From Actinomycetota bacterium (GTDB lineage: Bacteria; Actinomycetota; Acidimicrobiia; IMCC26256; VFJJ01): a stretch of 50,891 nt of DNA. Made by a program: the position numbers and the translations under genes. The first letter of the stretch is position 1; each line of letters starts with the position of its first letter. The notes beneath the pieces are model-generated. The model saw only the letters and a program-made list of their open reading frames with translations. It was not told the origin of the DNA and made no database searches. Of this stretch, positions 28,660 to 38,342 are shown piece by piece. The DNA lies in NCBI GenBank assembly GCA_009886115.1, contig VFJJ01000187.1, positions 1 through 50,891 on the forward strand. The letters are read 5' to 3'.

Positions 28660-29271
28660 TCACGCCGGGTCGTCGACCTCGACACTGCTGACCATACCGA
28701 GATCGACGTGGCTCTCCCCGGCGTCGTTCGCCACGTAGCAGACCAGGATGTACGTGCCGGAGTCGATCGACACGACCATCTCGGTGGTCTCGCCCGGAGC
28801 GGCGATCATGGCTACCGGATCGGTGACCACCGCCGAGAAGTCGGGAGCGGCGAGCACGTCGGCCACCGTGACGCCGGCCACCATGGGCCCGAAGATCAGC
28901 TCGTGGTTCTCGAGGCCCTCATTGGTGAACCGTAGGAGCCCCGTGGGGGCGATCGTACGAGGGTGGCGGTACTCGTACTCGAGGCCGACCACGTCGAATG
29001 CCTTGAGGGCCACCGGTTCGCTCGACGTCGCCGCGGGGATCGATGTCGCCGTGGACCCCGTGGACCCCGTCGACGAAGCGGAGACCGACGTTGTCGAAGG
29101 CGTGGTTGGCTCGGCAACGGTCGACGCGACTGAAGACGCGCCCGGTGCGACAGTCGTCGACGACGCCAGCACATCGCCGATCGAGTCGCCCATGCCGCAC
29201 GCCGCCCCCACGAGCGCAGCCGCAACCCCGAACACCAAGACCGCGAGCGGCGCGCGTCGAGGTTGCACCAT
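28660..29271 (-). CDS. Lipoprotein with C-terminal cupredoxin (blue-copper) domain
   Basis: Lipobox VGAA-C, Ser/Thr linker, FTNEGLENHEL and GTYILVCYV…HVDLGM type-1 Cu ligands (H, C, H, M). Confidence 0.8.
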   Translation of the reverse strand: MVQPRRAPLAVLVFGVAAALVGAACGMGDSIGDVLASSTTVAPGASSVASTVAEPTTPSTTSVSASSTGSTGSTATSIPAATSSEPVALKAFDVVGLEYEYRHPRTIAPTGLLRFTNEGLENHELIFGPMVAGVTVADVLAAPDFSAVVTDPVAMIAAPGETTEMVVSIDSGTYILVCYVANDAGESHVDLGMVSSVEVDDPA

Positions 29272-29291
29272 CGTTCCGGCACGCACGATGG

Positions 29292-30191
29292 TCAGACCGC
29301 AGCCCGCTCGACGGCCGCGAGCGCGGCGTCGATCGCCATCGACGACGCGTCGCCCATGGGTTGGCGGACGTGGGGCGTCGAAATGCGGCCCTGGGCGTGC
29401 AGCACGCCCTTGATCACCGCCGGGTTGGGCTCGGTGAAGAGGGTCCGGGTGACGGGCAGGAGCGCCTCGGCGTGGGCCCGGCCCTCGTCGAGCTTGCCAG
29501 CCAAGGCGCACTCGACCAGCGCTACGAAGCGCTCCGTACAGCAATGGGCCGCCGCGGCGATGGCGCCCCGCCCGCCCATGAGCACGATGGGATAGATGTA
29601 GGGATCGTCGCCGCAGAGCACGGAGAAGTCGTCGGGGGCACCGGCGAGCACCTCGAGCGTGTCGAGATCGACGCCGCCGACGGCCTGCTTCACGCCGGCG
29701 ATGTTGGGGACACGAGCAAGCTCCAACACGGCCTTCGAGCCCACGACCCGTCCGGTGCGGTACGGGATGTTGTAGATGACCACGGGGACCGGGCTGGCTG
29801 CGGCCACCGTGCGGAAGTGGGCGACGATCGCGCTCTCGGACGGGCGCACGTAGTACGGCACGACCGTGAGCGCAGCGATGACACCGGGAACGCCGGCCAG
29901 AGCCTGGTGGAGCGCGACCGTGGTGCGGGTCGAGTACGTACCAGCGCCGACGATGAGCCCAGCCCCCCGATCGACGCACGCGCGGGAACAGGCTGCGATG
30001 ACCCCCGCCCGTTCGTCGGCGTCGAGGGCGTGGGCCTCGCCCGTGGTGCCCAGAGCCACGATCCCCGCCGCGCCGGCCGCGAGGTACTCGCCGCACAGCC
30101 GCTCGATGCCCACGAGGTCGACCTCATCGGCATCGGTGAACGGTGTGATGAGGGGGACCCAGACGCCGTGGAGGTCGAGACCGTCAACCAT
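29292..30191 (-). CDS. dapA: 4-hydroxy-tetrahydrodipicolinate synthase family
   Basis: LITPF, GTTGE, PYY, IYNIPYRTG, Schiff-base Lys in GVKQA, EPNPAVIK. May be a paralog. Confidence 0.85.
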   Translation of the reverse strand: MVDGLDLHGVWVPLITPFTDADEVDLVGIERLCGEYLAAGAAGIVALGTTGEAHALDADERAGVIAACSRACVDRGAGLIVGAGTYSTRTTVALHQALAGVPGVIAALTVVPYYVRPSESAIVAHFRTVAAASPVPVVIYNIPYRTGRVVGSKAVLELARVPNIAGVKQAVGGVDLDTLEVLAGAPDDFSVLCGDDPYIYPIVLMGGRGAIAAAAHCCTERFVALVECALAGKLDEGRAHAEALLPVTRTLFTEPNPAVIKGVLHAQGRISTPHVRQPMGDASSMAIDAALAAVERAAV

Positions 30192-30200
30192 GGCGAAACC

Positions 30201-30650
30201 TTACCCACGCCGGGCCGGGAAGGCCCGCCACGGAGCGTGAATGAGCTCGAGCTCGTGGCGCTCGAGCGGCCCCCACCACAGGCTCAGCGCCATCCAGACG
30301 GTCTTCGACCAGGGATAGAACACCAGGGGCATGACGGCGTTCACGACCCCCACCGTGATCCCGATGCCGAGCCAGGGCGGGTCGGGCCACAACGCCACCA
30401 ACAAGGTGATGAACAGCACGAAGAACAGCGCCTCGGTGACGACGATGTTCACAGCCATGGCCCCGGTCCAGTAGCCCGCCTCGCCCCGGTCGAAACGGAG
30501 GTTGCATTGCGGGCAGTCGTCGACGAGCGTGAACCATCGACGGAACAGGTGACCCGCACCGCACTGCGGGCAGTGCTTGCGAAGCGCGCGCCACACCATG
30601 CGGGGCCACGGGGGCGCGGTTCGGACCGGCGCAGTCCGGGTGGTGACCAT
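30201..30650 (-). CDS. DUF983-like zinc-ribbon membrane protein
   Basis: CPQCG…CPQC followed by two TM helices. Confidence 0.85.
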   Translation of the reverse strand: MVTTRTAPVRTAPPWPRMVWRALRKHCPQCGAGHLFRRWFTLVDDCPQCNLRFDRGEAGYWTGAMAVNIVVTEALFFVLFITLLVALWPDPPWLGIGITVGVVNAVMPLVFYPWSKTVWMALSLWWGPLERHELELIHAPWRAFPARRG

Positions 30651-31408
30651 CAGCCGGCCTCACCGGTGGCTGCTTCGCCCGTGCCCGCGTCGACGTGCGT
30701 CGCCATCGGAGCCTGTGGAAGGCCCACGATCGCCCGGGCCCGCAGGAAGACGGCGTCGAGCATGGCGGGCGTGAGCCGTCCGGTGAAGGTGTTCTGCTGG
30801 CTGGGATGGAACGAACAGACGATCGTTGGCCCACCCGCCAGGGGCACCTCGACACCGTGACCGAAACGGGGTCGCGGTCTCGGGGCGGCCCGACCCGAGG
30901 CCTCCCACGCCCGCCAGAACGCCTGGTACCCGAAGGCGCCCAAGGGAACGACGACCCGTACGGTCGGCAACATCGCCAACTCGCGCACCAGGAAGGGCTG
31001 GCAGCGATCGCGCTCGTCGGGTGTGGGCGTGTTGGCTGGCGGTGCGCAGCGGACGGCGGCGGTCACGTAGGCGCCGTGCAGCACGAGCCCGTCGCCCACC
31101 GAGACCGCGGTGGGCTGGTTGGCCCATCCGCAGCGGTGCAACGACGCGTAGAGGAAGTCGCCTGAACGGTCGCCCGTGAACATGCGCCCGGTGCGGTTGG
31201 CGCCGTGCGCTGCTGGAGCCAGGCCGACGAGCAGTAGCTGGGCCTCGGGGTCGCCGAATCCCGGAACCCCTTGCCCCCAATAGGTTTCGTCGCGAAAAGA
31301 CGCGCGGCGCTCGATAGCGACCTGCTCGCGCCAGGCCACGAGACGGGGACAGGCGCGACAGCGCGACACCTCGTGCTCGAGCGCAGTCAACGAGTCGCCG
31401 TCGGCCAT
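30650..31408 (-). CDS. udgB: Uracil-DNA glycosylase family 5 (Fe-S)
   Basis: CRACPRL, GLAPAAHGANRTGRMFTGD, RCAPP.N, HPSQQNT. Confidence 0.93.
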   Translation of the reverse strand: MADGDSLTALEHEVSRCRACPRLVAWREQVAIERRASFRDETYWGQGVPGFGDPEAQLLLVGLAPAAHGANRTGRMFTGDRSGDFLYASLHRCGWANQPTAVSVGDGLVLHGAYVTAAVRCAPPANTPTPDERDRCQPFLVRELAMLPTVRVVVPLGAFGYQAFWRAWEASGRAAPRPRPRFGHGVEVPLAGGPTIVCSFHPSQQNTFTGRLTPAMLDAVFLRARAIVGLPQAPMATHVDAGTGEAATGEAG

Positions 31409-31513
31409 GGCTCCGATGGTAGGGACGGGCGAGGGCGGGCCCCTGACTCGAAGTCGGGCGACGTGCTAGACCCGTCGAGCCATCGCGCCGTGAAGCCCGT
31501 CGAGGAGGCCGGT

Positions 31514-32665
31514 ATGAAGTTCGGGGTGTCGCTGTTCCTGCAGAACCACGCCGACTGGGATCGCTACGAGTCGATCGAGCGGGGAGGGCCGGTCGTCGCC
31601 CCCACGGTGTCCGACTCCCAGGTGTTCGCCGAAGACCTGCGCCTCGGTCGGCTGGTCGAGCCCTTGGGCTTCGACTCGATCTGGAGCGTCGAGCACCACT
31701 TCACGCCCTACACGATGGTCACCGACGTCATGCAGATGCTCGCCTACTTCGCCGGCTGCACCGAGCGCATCGAGATGGGCACGATGGTCGTGGTTCTGCC
31801 CTGGCACGACCCGCTCCGCGTGGCCGAGCAGATCGTCAATCTCGACCACATGCTCGGGGGCCGTGCGATCACGATCGGTTTCGGGCGCGGTCTGGGCCGG
31901 CGCGAGTTCGGCGCGATGCGCGTTCCGATGGACGAGTCGCGTGAGCGCTTCACGGAGGCGTTGGCGATCATCCGCCTGGCGCTCACCGAGGAATGGTTCG
32001 AGTTCGACGGGACGTTCACCAGCATCCCCCGCACCACGTTGCGCCCTCGGCCCCTCTCCGATCCCGACCGTCTCCTGGCCAGCATGTACGGCGTGTGGGG
32101 CAGCCCCCAGTCGATCCCGACCATCGCCGAGACCGGGCTCAAGCCCCTGTTCATCCCGCAGTCGTCCTGGAGCGACTACGCCGAGCACATGGCGCAGTTC
32201 AACACCCTGCGGGCTGCGGCCGGGCACGCACCGGCCAATCCCCGCATCGCCGTGTGGGTCTACTGCGCGCCGACCGATGAGGCCGCTCGGACCGGCGCCC
32301 GGCAGTGGATCCCGAACTACGCAGACACCGCCTACCGCCACTACGAGATCGGCGGAACGCACTTCGGTGCCACCAAGGGGTACGAGCAGTACGCGGCGAA
32401 CAGCGCTGCCGCGTCCACACCCGAGGCCCGCAAGGCCATGGGCGAGATGTACATGGACAACCAGGTGTGGGGAACGCCCGAGATGTGCCTGGAGAAGCTG
32501 GCTGCGATCAACGACCTGATGGGGCCCGACCATTTCGTGGGTGTCATGCGCTATGGCGGGATGCCGATCGACGAGGCCGAGGCCAGCATGCGCCTCTTCG
32601 CCAACGAGGTCCTCCCGGCGGCGCAGGCCCTACCGATCGGTCAGGCGCTCAACGCGGTGGTGTGA
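31514..32665 (+). CDS. LLM-class flavin-dependent oxidoreductase
   Basis: GFDSIWSVEHHF, LPWHDPLRVAEQ, GFGRG, GTPE; ATG after GAGGAGG. Confidence 0.92.
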   Translation: MKFGVSLFLQNHADWDRYESIERGGPVVAPTVSDSQVFAEDLRLGRLVEPLGFDSIWSVEHHFTPYTMVTDVMQMLAYFAGCTERIEMGTMVVVLPWHDPLRVAEQIVNLDHMLGGRAITIGFGRGLGRREFGAMRVPMDESRERFTEALAIIRLALTEEWFEFDGTFTSIPRTTLRPRPLSDPDRLLASMYGVWGSPQSIPTIAETGLKPLFIPQSSWSDYAEHMAQFNTLRAAAGHAPANPRIAVWVYCAPTDEAARTGARQWIPNYADTAYRHYEIGGTHFGATKGYEQYAANSAAASTPEARKAMGEMYMDNQVWGTPEMCLEKLAAINDLMGPDHFVGVMRYGGMPIDEAEASMRLFANEVLPAAQALPIGQALNAVV

Positions 32666-34077
32666 GCCGGGCCCTCGCTCCGCAGCGCCAAGGTCTCGTC
32701 GTAGAGGTCGGGGTCGCGTACGAGACCCCGGGCCACGTCGGGATCGACATCGCCCCGGAGGACCGCCTCGGCCAGCGCCACGTCGTAGGCCTGCGAGCCG
32801 GCCGCTCCAGCGGCGACGAGCTGGGCGATCCGGTCGATGGCGCCGCCGGCGATCGCGGCGCTCACCTCGCTGTCGACGACGAGGCTCTCGCAGACCGCCA
32901 CCGTGGTCGGCTCCTGGGCATCGTTCCAGCCGAGCCCGGGGACGAGCTGCTGGGCGAACGCCCCCCGGAGACAGACCGACATCTGACGCCGGATCCGGGA
33001 CCGGTCCTCGGGGCGAACGGCTTCGAACATCCAGGCGACCATCGAGGGAACGTCGAGCTCGGGGACCGCCGCCAGCACGAAGACGCCCCGAGCGGCCGCG
33101 GCGACAGCGGCCATCACCGCAGCTGCGTCGGGAAGCGAGCCGGCCATCACCACGTCGGCGTCCTGGACCCGAGTGTCGTCGAGCCCATGGGCCATCGACG
33201 GCACGTCGACACCGACGGAGCGCTGCCGGACGGCCCCGATCCGTGACCCGATGACGTACTCGACGGGGTCCTCGATGGTCACCGCCATGATGGCCCTGCT
33301 CGCGACCAGGTGGTCGACGACGCTGGCCATCGTCGTCGTGACGCCGCTGCGTCGGCCGCCCCCCACGAGCACGAGCCCACCGTCCCCCCGATCGACGAGC
33401 TCGAGAAGCGCCGCCCACTGGTCGGGCAGTCCGAGCTCGCCCATCGGCGGCACCCTGAGCGGCAGCACCCTGGCGGCGACGCCGAACGTGCTGCGCTGGC
33501 GCGAGATCGCCGCGCGCAGACGCCGGCCACCGTGGTAGACGGTCACCGTCAGCGAGCTCCACTCGGCCCCGATCTGCTCGAGCGATAGTCCCCCCACGCC
33601 ACGGGCGAGCTCACGGACGTCCTCGGCTGAGAGCGCACCGAAGCCGGGGACGGGCGCCATCGCGCCACCGATTCGAGCCAGCGGGGGCTCCCCCGGAGCG
33701 AAGTGGATGTCGGTCGCACCCAGCTCCAGCGCGACGGTCATGATCGACTCGATCGACATCGGCTCGAAGATCCGGTGCGTCGACGCGAGATCCTGGAGAT
33801 GCTCGAAGACCCCGTCGGGGGCGAGCACAACGCGCACCGGGATGCCCACGGCTCGGCTGAGCTCGGCGACGGTCGACGCCAGCGGGAAGCTGGGGAACGC
33901 GATCACCAGCATCCCGTCGAGCACCCCGATGGGGGCTGCGCCGAACTGCGCCGGCACCATGCGGATCGCGGCAGGGTCGAGCTCGGGCAGGTCGTCGGCG
34001 CCGAGGACGGGAACGCCCGCAGCCCGGGAGCTGCGCGTTGCGTCGTCGAGACGAGCGGCCACGAGGTCAGAGTGCAT
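32641..34077 (-). CDS. PilT/PilU-like ATPase-fold protein with GspE/PilB-type N-terminal domain; catalytic motifs degenerate
   Basis: GATDIHFAPGEPPLARIGG (PilT N-domain), TIEDPVEY Asp box, QRSVGVD, PilT-like C-tail; Walker A reads GGRRSGVTT and Walker B reads VVMAGS. Confidence 0.8.
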   Translation of the reverse strand: MHSDLVAARLDDATRSSRAAGVPVLGADDLPELDPAAIRMVPAQFGAAPIGVLDGMLVIAFPSFPLASTVAELSRAVGIPVRVVLAPDGVFEHLQDLASTHRIFEPMSIESIMTVALELGATDIHFAPGEPPLARIGGAMAPVPGFGALSAEDVRELARGVGGLSLEQIGAEWSSLTVTVYHGGRRLRAAISRQRSTFGVAARVLPLRVPPMGELGLPDQWAALLELVDRGDGGLVLVGGGRRSGVTTTMASVVDHLVASRAIMAVTIEDPVEYVIGSRIGAVRQRSVGVDVPSMAHGLDDTRVQDADVVMAGSLPDAAAVMAAVAAAARGVFVLAAVPELDVPSMVAWMFEAVRPEDRSRIRRQMSVCLRGAFAQQLVPGLGWNDAQEPTTVAVCESLVVDSEVSAAIAGGAIDRIAQLVAAGAAGSQAYDVALAEAVLRGDVDPDVARGLVRDPDLYDETLALRSEGPAHTTALSA

Positions 34078-34350
34078 GGGTGCTCATCGGCATCGGCGGC
34101 CCCCGAGACGAGGGAATTCTCGGGTTGGCGAGCCGCCGTGACGCCGTCTCGAGCTCCCCTGAGGTTCGCGCAGAAGCTCGCGAAGTGCCCCGCTCTGCCC
34201 CCGTCCCGAGGACCCCGGATCCGTCCGCCCGCTGCCCGCCGGTCAACATCGACGCCGCCACCGCCTGAGGCCACCGCCCGAAGCCCACCGCGGCATCGGC
34301 ACGTCGACGTCGTCGGCGCCGGTTCCGAGCGAGACACCGTGCGGGATCCT

Positions 34351-34374
34351 GAGCGAGAGCGAGAGCGAGAGCGA
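34351..34374. repeat. Hexamer microsatellite (GAGCGA)x4
   Basis: gagcgagagcgagagcgagagcga, just upstream of the TAGCCT -10 of the DAGK gene. Confidence 0.9.
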
Positions 34375-34403
34375 GGGCCGGGGTCGCCGTAGCCTGGGCG
34401 GTC

Positions 34404-35405
34404 GTGGACCTGACGCTGATCGTGAACCCGGTGGCCTCGTCGGTCACCGACCGGCGCCGGCGACGGGTCGAGGAGCAGCTCCGTTCCCTCGGAACGGTCG
34501 AGGTCGTCGAGACGCGCCGGCGCGGTCACGCCACCGAGCTGGCCGTCGACGCCGCCCGGCGCGCCGTCGACGCCGTGGTCGTCCTCGCCGGCGACGGAAC
34601 CCTCAACGAGGCCGCCAACGGGCTTGTTGCATCGGCTGCGGGTTCCGGTGGGGCGCGCCCGGCCCTGGCAGTGCTGCCCGGCGGATCGACGAACGTGTAC
34701 GCGCGGGCGATCGGTGTGCCCAACCAGCTCGGCGCCGCCACGGCCGTCGTGGCCGAGGCGCTGCGTACCCGGAACGTACGGAGCATCGGTGTCGGCGCGG
34801 TCAACGGGCGCCGCTTCCTGTTCCACTGCGGCATCGGTTTCGACGCTGCGGTCATCGAGCGGGTCGAACGTCGACAGGGTTTCCTCAAGCGCCATGCCAC
34901 GCCGCTCTGGTTCGGCGTGAACGCGCTCGCCACCTGGGCCCGTCGCGCCAACCGCCAGACGTCGTTCACGATCTCCGCCGACGGGACGCCACGCATCGAC
35001 CACTGCCCCTTTGCGATCGTGTCGAACATCAGCCCCTACACCTACCTCGGCCCCCGGCCGCTGGTGGTCTCCCCCGGCGCGACCATCGACTCCCCGCTCA
35101 CCGTGATGGGGCTGCAGACCCTCCGGCTCGGCGTCGTGCTCCGGACGCTCGCCTCGGCGATGGCTCGTGGGCGTTACCTGCACGACGAGCCGCTGATCCA
35201 GCACCGGACCGGCGTCGAGCGCCTGATCGTCGAGAGCGCGGCTCCCGTCCCCTACCAGGTCGACGGCGACTTCCTCGGTCGCCTCAGCCGTTTCGAGCTG
35301 ACGTTCGAACGCGACGCCCTCGACATCGTGGTCCCCGATGACATCGTGGTCCCCGAGTGCAGCAACAGAGCGTGGCCCCGCCCGAAGCGACACCACGACC
35401 GCTGA
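34404..35405 (+). CDS. Diacylglycerol/lipid kinase family protein (Rv3218-like)
   Basis: IVNP, AGDGTLNEA.NG, LPGGSTNVYAR, GIGFDA, QVDGD. Confidence 0.9.
   Translation: MDLTLIVNPVASSVTDRRRRRVEEQLRSLGTVEVVETRRRGHATELAVDAARRAVDAVVVLAGDGTLNEAANGLVASAAGSGGARPALAVLPGGSTNVYARAIGVPNQLGAATAVVAEALRTRNVRSIGVGAVNGRRFLFHCGIGFDAAVIERVERRQGFLKRHATPLWFGVNALATWARRANRQTSFTISADGTPRIDHCPFAIVSNISPYTYLGPRPLVVSPGATIDSPLTVMGLQTLRLGVVLRTLASAMARGRYLHDEPLIQHRTGVERLIVESAAPVPYQVDGDFLGRLSRFELTFERDALDIVVPDDIVVPECSNRAWPRPKRHHDR
35322..35356. repeat. 18-bp-period tandem duplication at the DAGK C-terminus
   Basis: gacatcgtggtccccga x2; encodes DIVVPD-DIVVPE. Confidence 0.85.
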
Positions 35406-36149
35406 TCACGGGCGCAGCGCGCTCACGGCGATGTCGGGCACGTTCGTGATGATGGAGTCGACGCCGGCCTCGGCCATCCGGCGCATCGTCGACGGGTCGT
35501 CGACCGTCCAGACGCTGATCGCGACTCCCCGAGCATGGGCGGCCCCGACCACCTCGTCGAGCACCGCGTCGCCGAGCTCGCCGAGGCTCCACAGGGGAGG
35601 GTGCAGCGCCTGATGACCATGCGACGTCACGAGCTCCACGGCCTCGATCGCGTCGAACGTCGGCATGATCAGCCACCCCGTCCGCAGCTCGGGAGCCACC
35701 TCCTTGACGCGCCCGATCGTGAGCGGATTGAACGACGAGACCACGAACTCGAGTGACGTTCCCGCTCGATTCAGCGCGACCAGCACCGCAGCCACGTCAT
35801 CGGCGATCTCGTGACGGGAGTCGTACTCGGGTTCGGCGGGTGAGCTCTTGATCTCCACGTTGACCACGCCGGTGCAGGCGTCGAGGGCCTCCTCGAAGGT
35901 CGGGATCCACGGGGCCGAGCGGCGGAGGTCGGCCATCGTCACCTTCGGGATCAGCCCGATGTCTTCGACCGAGAGATCATGGTGGACCACGAGGACACCG
36001 TCAGCCGTGCGGCGCACATCGAGCTCCACCCCGTCGGCGCCGAGCTCGGTCGCCAGGCGGAACGCCTCCGTGCTGTTCTCGCGTGCTCGGGCGCTCGCGC
36101 CCCGGTGGGCGAGGATCCGCGGGCCGGCGTTTCCGGATGAGCTCGACAT
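35406..36149 (-). CDS. Glycerophosphodiester phosphodiesterase
   Basis: AHRGAS, ENS..AF, GVELDV, HHD, NVEIK, SSF, WTVD, IITN.PD. Confidence 0.93.
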   Translation of the reverse strand: MSSSSGNAGPRILAHRGASARARENSTEAFRLATELGADGVELDVRRTADGVLVVHHDLSVEDIGLIPKVTMADLRRSAPWIPTFEEALDACTGVVNVEIKSSPAEPEYDSRHEIADDVAAVLVALNRAGTSLEFVVSSFNPLTIGRVKEVAPELRTGWLIMPTFDAIEAVELVTSHGHQALHPPLWSLGELGDAVLDEVVGAAHARGVAISVWTVDDPSTMRRMAEAGVDSIITNVPDIAVSALRP

Positions 36150-36229
36150 GTCCGCTCGCTTTCTCCCTGATGACGGCGATGGGGCGATCGTGGCGATCGC
36201 GCCCGCCGTGGTCGTTCTGGCCCAGAAAC

Positions 36230-36245
36230 TGTGACGAAGTTCACA
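36230..36245. promoter_or_regulatory. CRP/GlxR-type binding site
   Basis: TGTGA-CGAAGT-TCACA, a perfect TGTGA-N6-TCACA, in the AT-rich divergent GDPD/whiB1 region. Confidence 0.8.
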
Positions 36246-36407
36246 TGTTCATCATATGTTTCAATGGTTTTGATTGCTTCTGCTGTTTGCAGCAGTGATC
36301 CGATCCTCGTATGGTCGCGATCGGAAACGATCGTGAGCACCACGGCACGCCGTCGGTGCAGCGCCGTTCCGGACATCAGTTCACTCGAGTGCTGGGGGAG
36401 CACCACT

Positions 36408-36725
36408 GTGGCCTTGACTTGGGACCGTACACATGATTGGGACGGCGGAGCCTGGAGGGACCGGGCATCGTGTCGAAGCTCCGATCCCGACCTGTTCTTC
36501 CCCGTGGGGACGACCGGATCGGCTCGGGAGCAGATCCAGGCAGCCAAGGTCATCTGCAAAGCCTGCGCCGTCACGGCCCAGTGCCTCGAGTTCGCCGTCA
36601 TGACGAACCAGGAATCAGGGATCTGGGGCGGGATGTCTGAGGACGAGCGCCGCAAGGCCCGGGCTCGCGGCATCGACGTGCTGGTGGCGCTCAAGCCCAA
36701 GCGGCGCAGCCTCGTCGGCTCCTGA
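36408..36725 (+). CDS. whiB1: WhiB1-like Fe-S transcriptional regulator
   Basis: WRDRASC..DPDLFFPVGTTG, CKAC..C, GIWGG.SEDERR; GTG after GGGGAG; convergent with pdtaS as in M. tuberculosis Rv3219/Rv3220c. Confidence 0.9.
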   Translation: MALTWDRTHDWDGGAWRDRASCRSSDPDLFFPVGTTGSAREQIQAAKVICKACAVTAQCLEFAVMTNQESGIWGGMSEDERRKARARGIDVLVALKPKRRSLVGS

Positions 36726-36786
36726 GCCTTGTGAACTGAGGCGTCACCGGGGCTGAGAGGCCATCGAGCGCACGCCCGGTGGCGTC

Positions 36787-38337
36787 TCAGCCCTCACGCT
36801 CGTGGAGAGGGATCTCGATGTGGGTTCGGGCACCGCGCCCGCCACCCTCGTTGCCCAGTTGGAGCGCTCCGCCGAGCTCGGTGGTCACGAGGGTCTGCAC
36901 GATCGACAGTCCGAGGCCCGTTGCCGCGCCCAGCGAGAAGCCCTCCGGAAACCCGATGCCGTCGTCGCTCACCTCGACGACGAGACGGTCTCCGGAGAGG
37001 CGGCCGAGCGACACGTCGACGTGGGCGTCGCCATCGGGATGCGAGCTCACCCAACCGGGCGGGAACGCGTGGTCGACGGCGTTCTGCATGAGCTCGTTGA
37101 GCGCCACGGCGAGGGGGGTCGCCACCTCGGGGGGGAGCTCGCCCGCATCGCCCGTGACCGAGAAGCGGATGCGGCGATCGGGCCCGGTGAAGGCGTCCTC
37201 GACCATGCGAACGAGGGGTCTGATCACCTCGTCGAAGGGCACGACGTCGCCGGCCGCTCTCGACAGGGTCTCGTGCACGAGCGCGATCGAGCCGATGCGG
37301 CGCGTCGATTCCTCCAGCGCCTGCTTGGCCTCCGGCGATTCGAGGCGCCTCGACTGGAGGCGCAAGAGCGCGGCGATGGTCTGCAGGTTGTTCTTGACGC
37401 GATGGTGGATCTCGCGAATCGTGGCGTCCTTCGACACGAGCAAACGGTCACGCCGACGGACGTCGCTCACATCACGAACGAGCACGACGGCCCCGTCGGG
37501 GACACCGCCGGCGATGATCGGGATCACGCGCACGATGATGGAGGTGTCGCCGCGTTCGGTCTCTTCGAGCTCGGGGACACCCGTGGCCAGGGCCCGTTGG
37601 ATCGGGCCGTCGGCGAAGCCCACCTCCGACAGGAGCAGGCCCCGCACGTTGGCGTGGATCCCCAACCGGTGCAAGGCCGACATGGCATTCGGGCTCATGT
37701 AGCGCACCCGGCCGTCGGCCTCGACGAGCATGCAGCCGTCGCCGACGCGAGGCGCGTCCTCGGGCTCGGCGTCGTCGCCCGGGTACGGGAACGCCCCGGC
37801 GGCGATCATGCGGGCGAACCGGTCGAAGATCTCCTGGTAGACGCGTTCGAGCTCGCCCGAACGGCGCAGCGCCGTGGTGGGGGCGTCACGGCTCAACACG
37901 GCGATGGCCCGGTCCTGGAAGACGACGGGGACGCAGAAGCAGAACACGCGCTCGTCGCTCGCGCGCTCGCCGCCGCCCGAACCCCCGGCGACACCCGAGA
38001 GCCCATGCCCCGACGGCCCCCCGATCGTCGGCACCCGGATGCTGCCCTCGGTGATCTCCCTGGTTCTCCAGCCTCGGCCGGCGATGGGGCGCTCGGCTTC
38101 GTCGAAGACGTGACCGACGAGGTCGTCCTGGTACATGGTCTGACCCGTGGTGGGTCGGAGCTGGCCGAGCACGACGAAGCGGTGCCCATCGGAACCGGCG
38201 ACGGGCGCCATCAGCAACAGGTCGGAGAACGAGAAGTCGGCGAGGAAGCCCCACGATCCGGTGAGGCGCTTGAGGTGCGCGATCTCGTGCCAGAGCAGGT
38301 CGGTGTGGGTTCGGGCGAGCTCGGGGAGGGTCTGCAC
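36787..38337 (-). CDS. pdtaS: Cytosolic sensor histidine kinase PdtaS-like (GAF-like, PAS, HisKA_2, HATPase)
   Basis: WGFLADFSFSDLL, PRVGDG, EIHHRVKNNLQ, NELMQNA, DDGIG, GLGL. Confidence 0.9.
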   Translation of the reverse strand: MQTLPELARTHTDLLWHEIAHLKRLTGSWGFLADFSFSDLLLMAPVAGSDGHRFVVLGQLRPTTGQTMYQDDLVGHVFDEAERPIAGRGWRTREITEGSIRVPTIGGPSGHGLSGVAGGSGGGERASDERVFCFCVPVVFQDRAIAVLSRDAPTTALRRSGELERVYQEIFDRFARMIAAGAFPYPGDDAEPEDAPRVGDGCMLVEADGRVRYMSPNAMSALHRLGIHANVRGLLLSEVGFADGPIQRALATGVPELEETERGDTSIIVRVIPIIAGGVPDGAVVLVRDVSDVRRRDRLLVSKDATIREIHHRVKNNLQTIAALLRLQSRRLESPEAKQALEESTRRIGSIALVHETLSRAAGDVVPFDEVIRPLVRMVEDAFTGPDRRIRFSVTGDAGELPPEVATPLAVALNELMQNAVDHAFPPGWVSSHPDGDAHVDVSLGRLSGDRLVVEVSDDGIGFPEGFSLGAATGLGLSIVQTLVTTELGGALQLGNEGGGRGARTHIEIPLHEREG

Positions 38338-38342
38338 GCTGC

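Noticed and set aside
34078..34403. Riboswitch (e.g. c-di-GMP) upstream of the PilT-like gene
   Set aside because: Only generic GC hairpins; no recognisable aptamer consensus by eye. An Rfam/Infernal scan would settle it.
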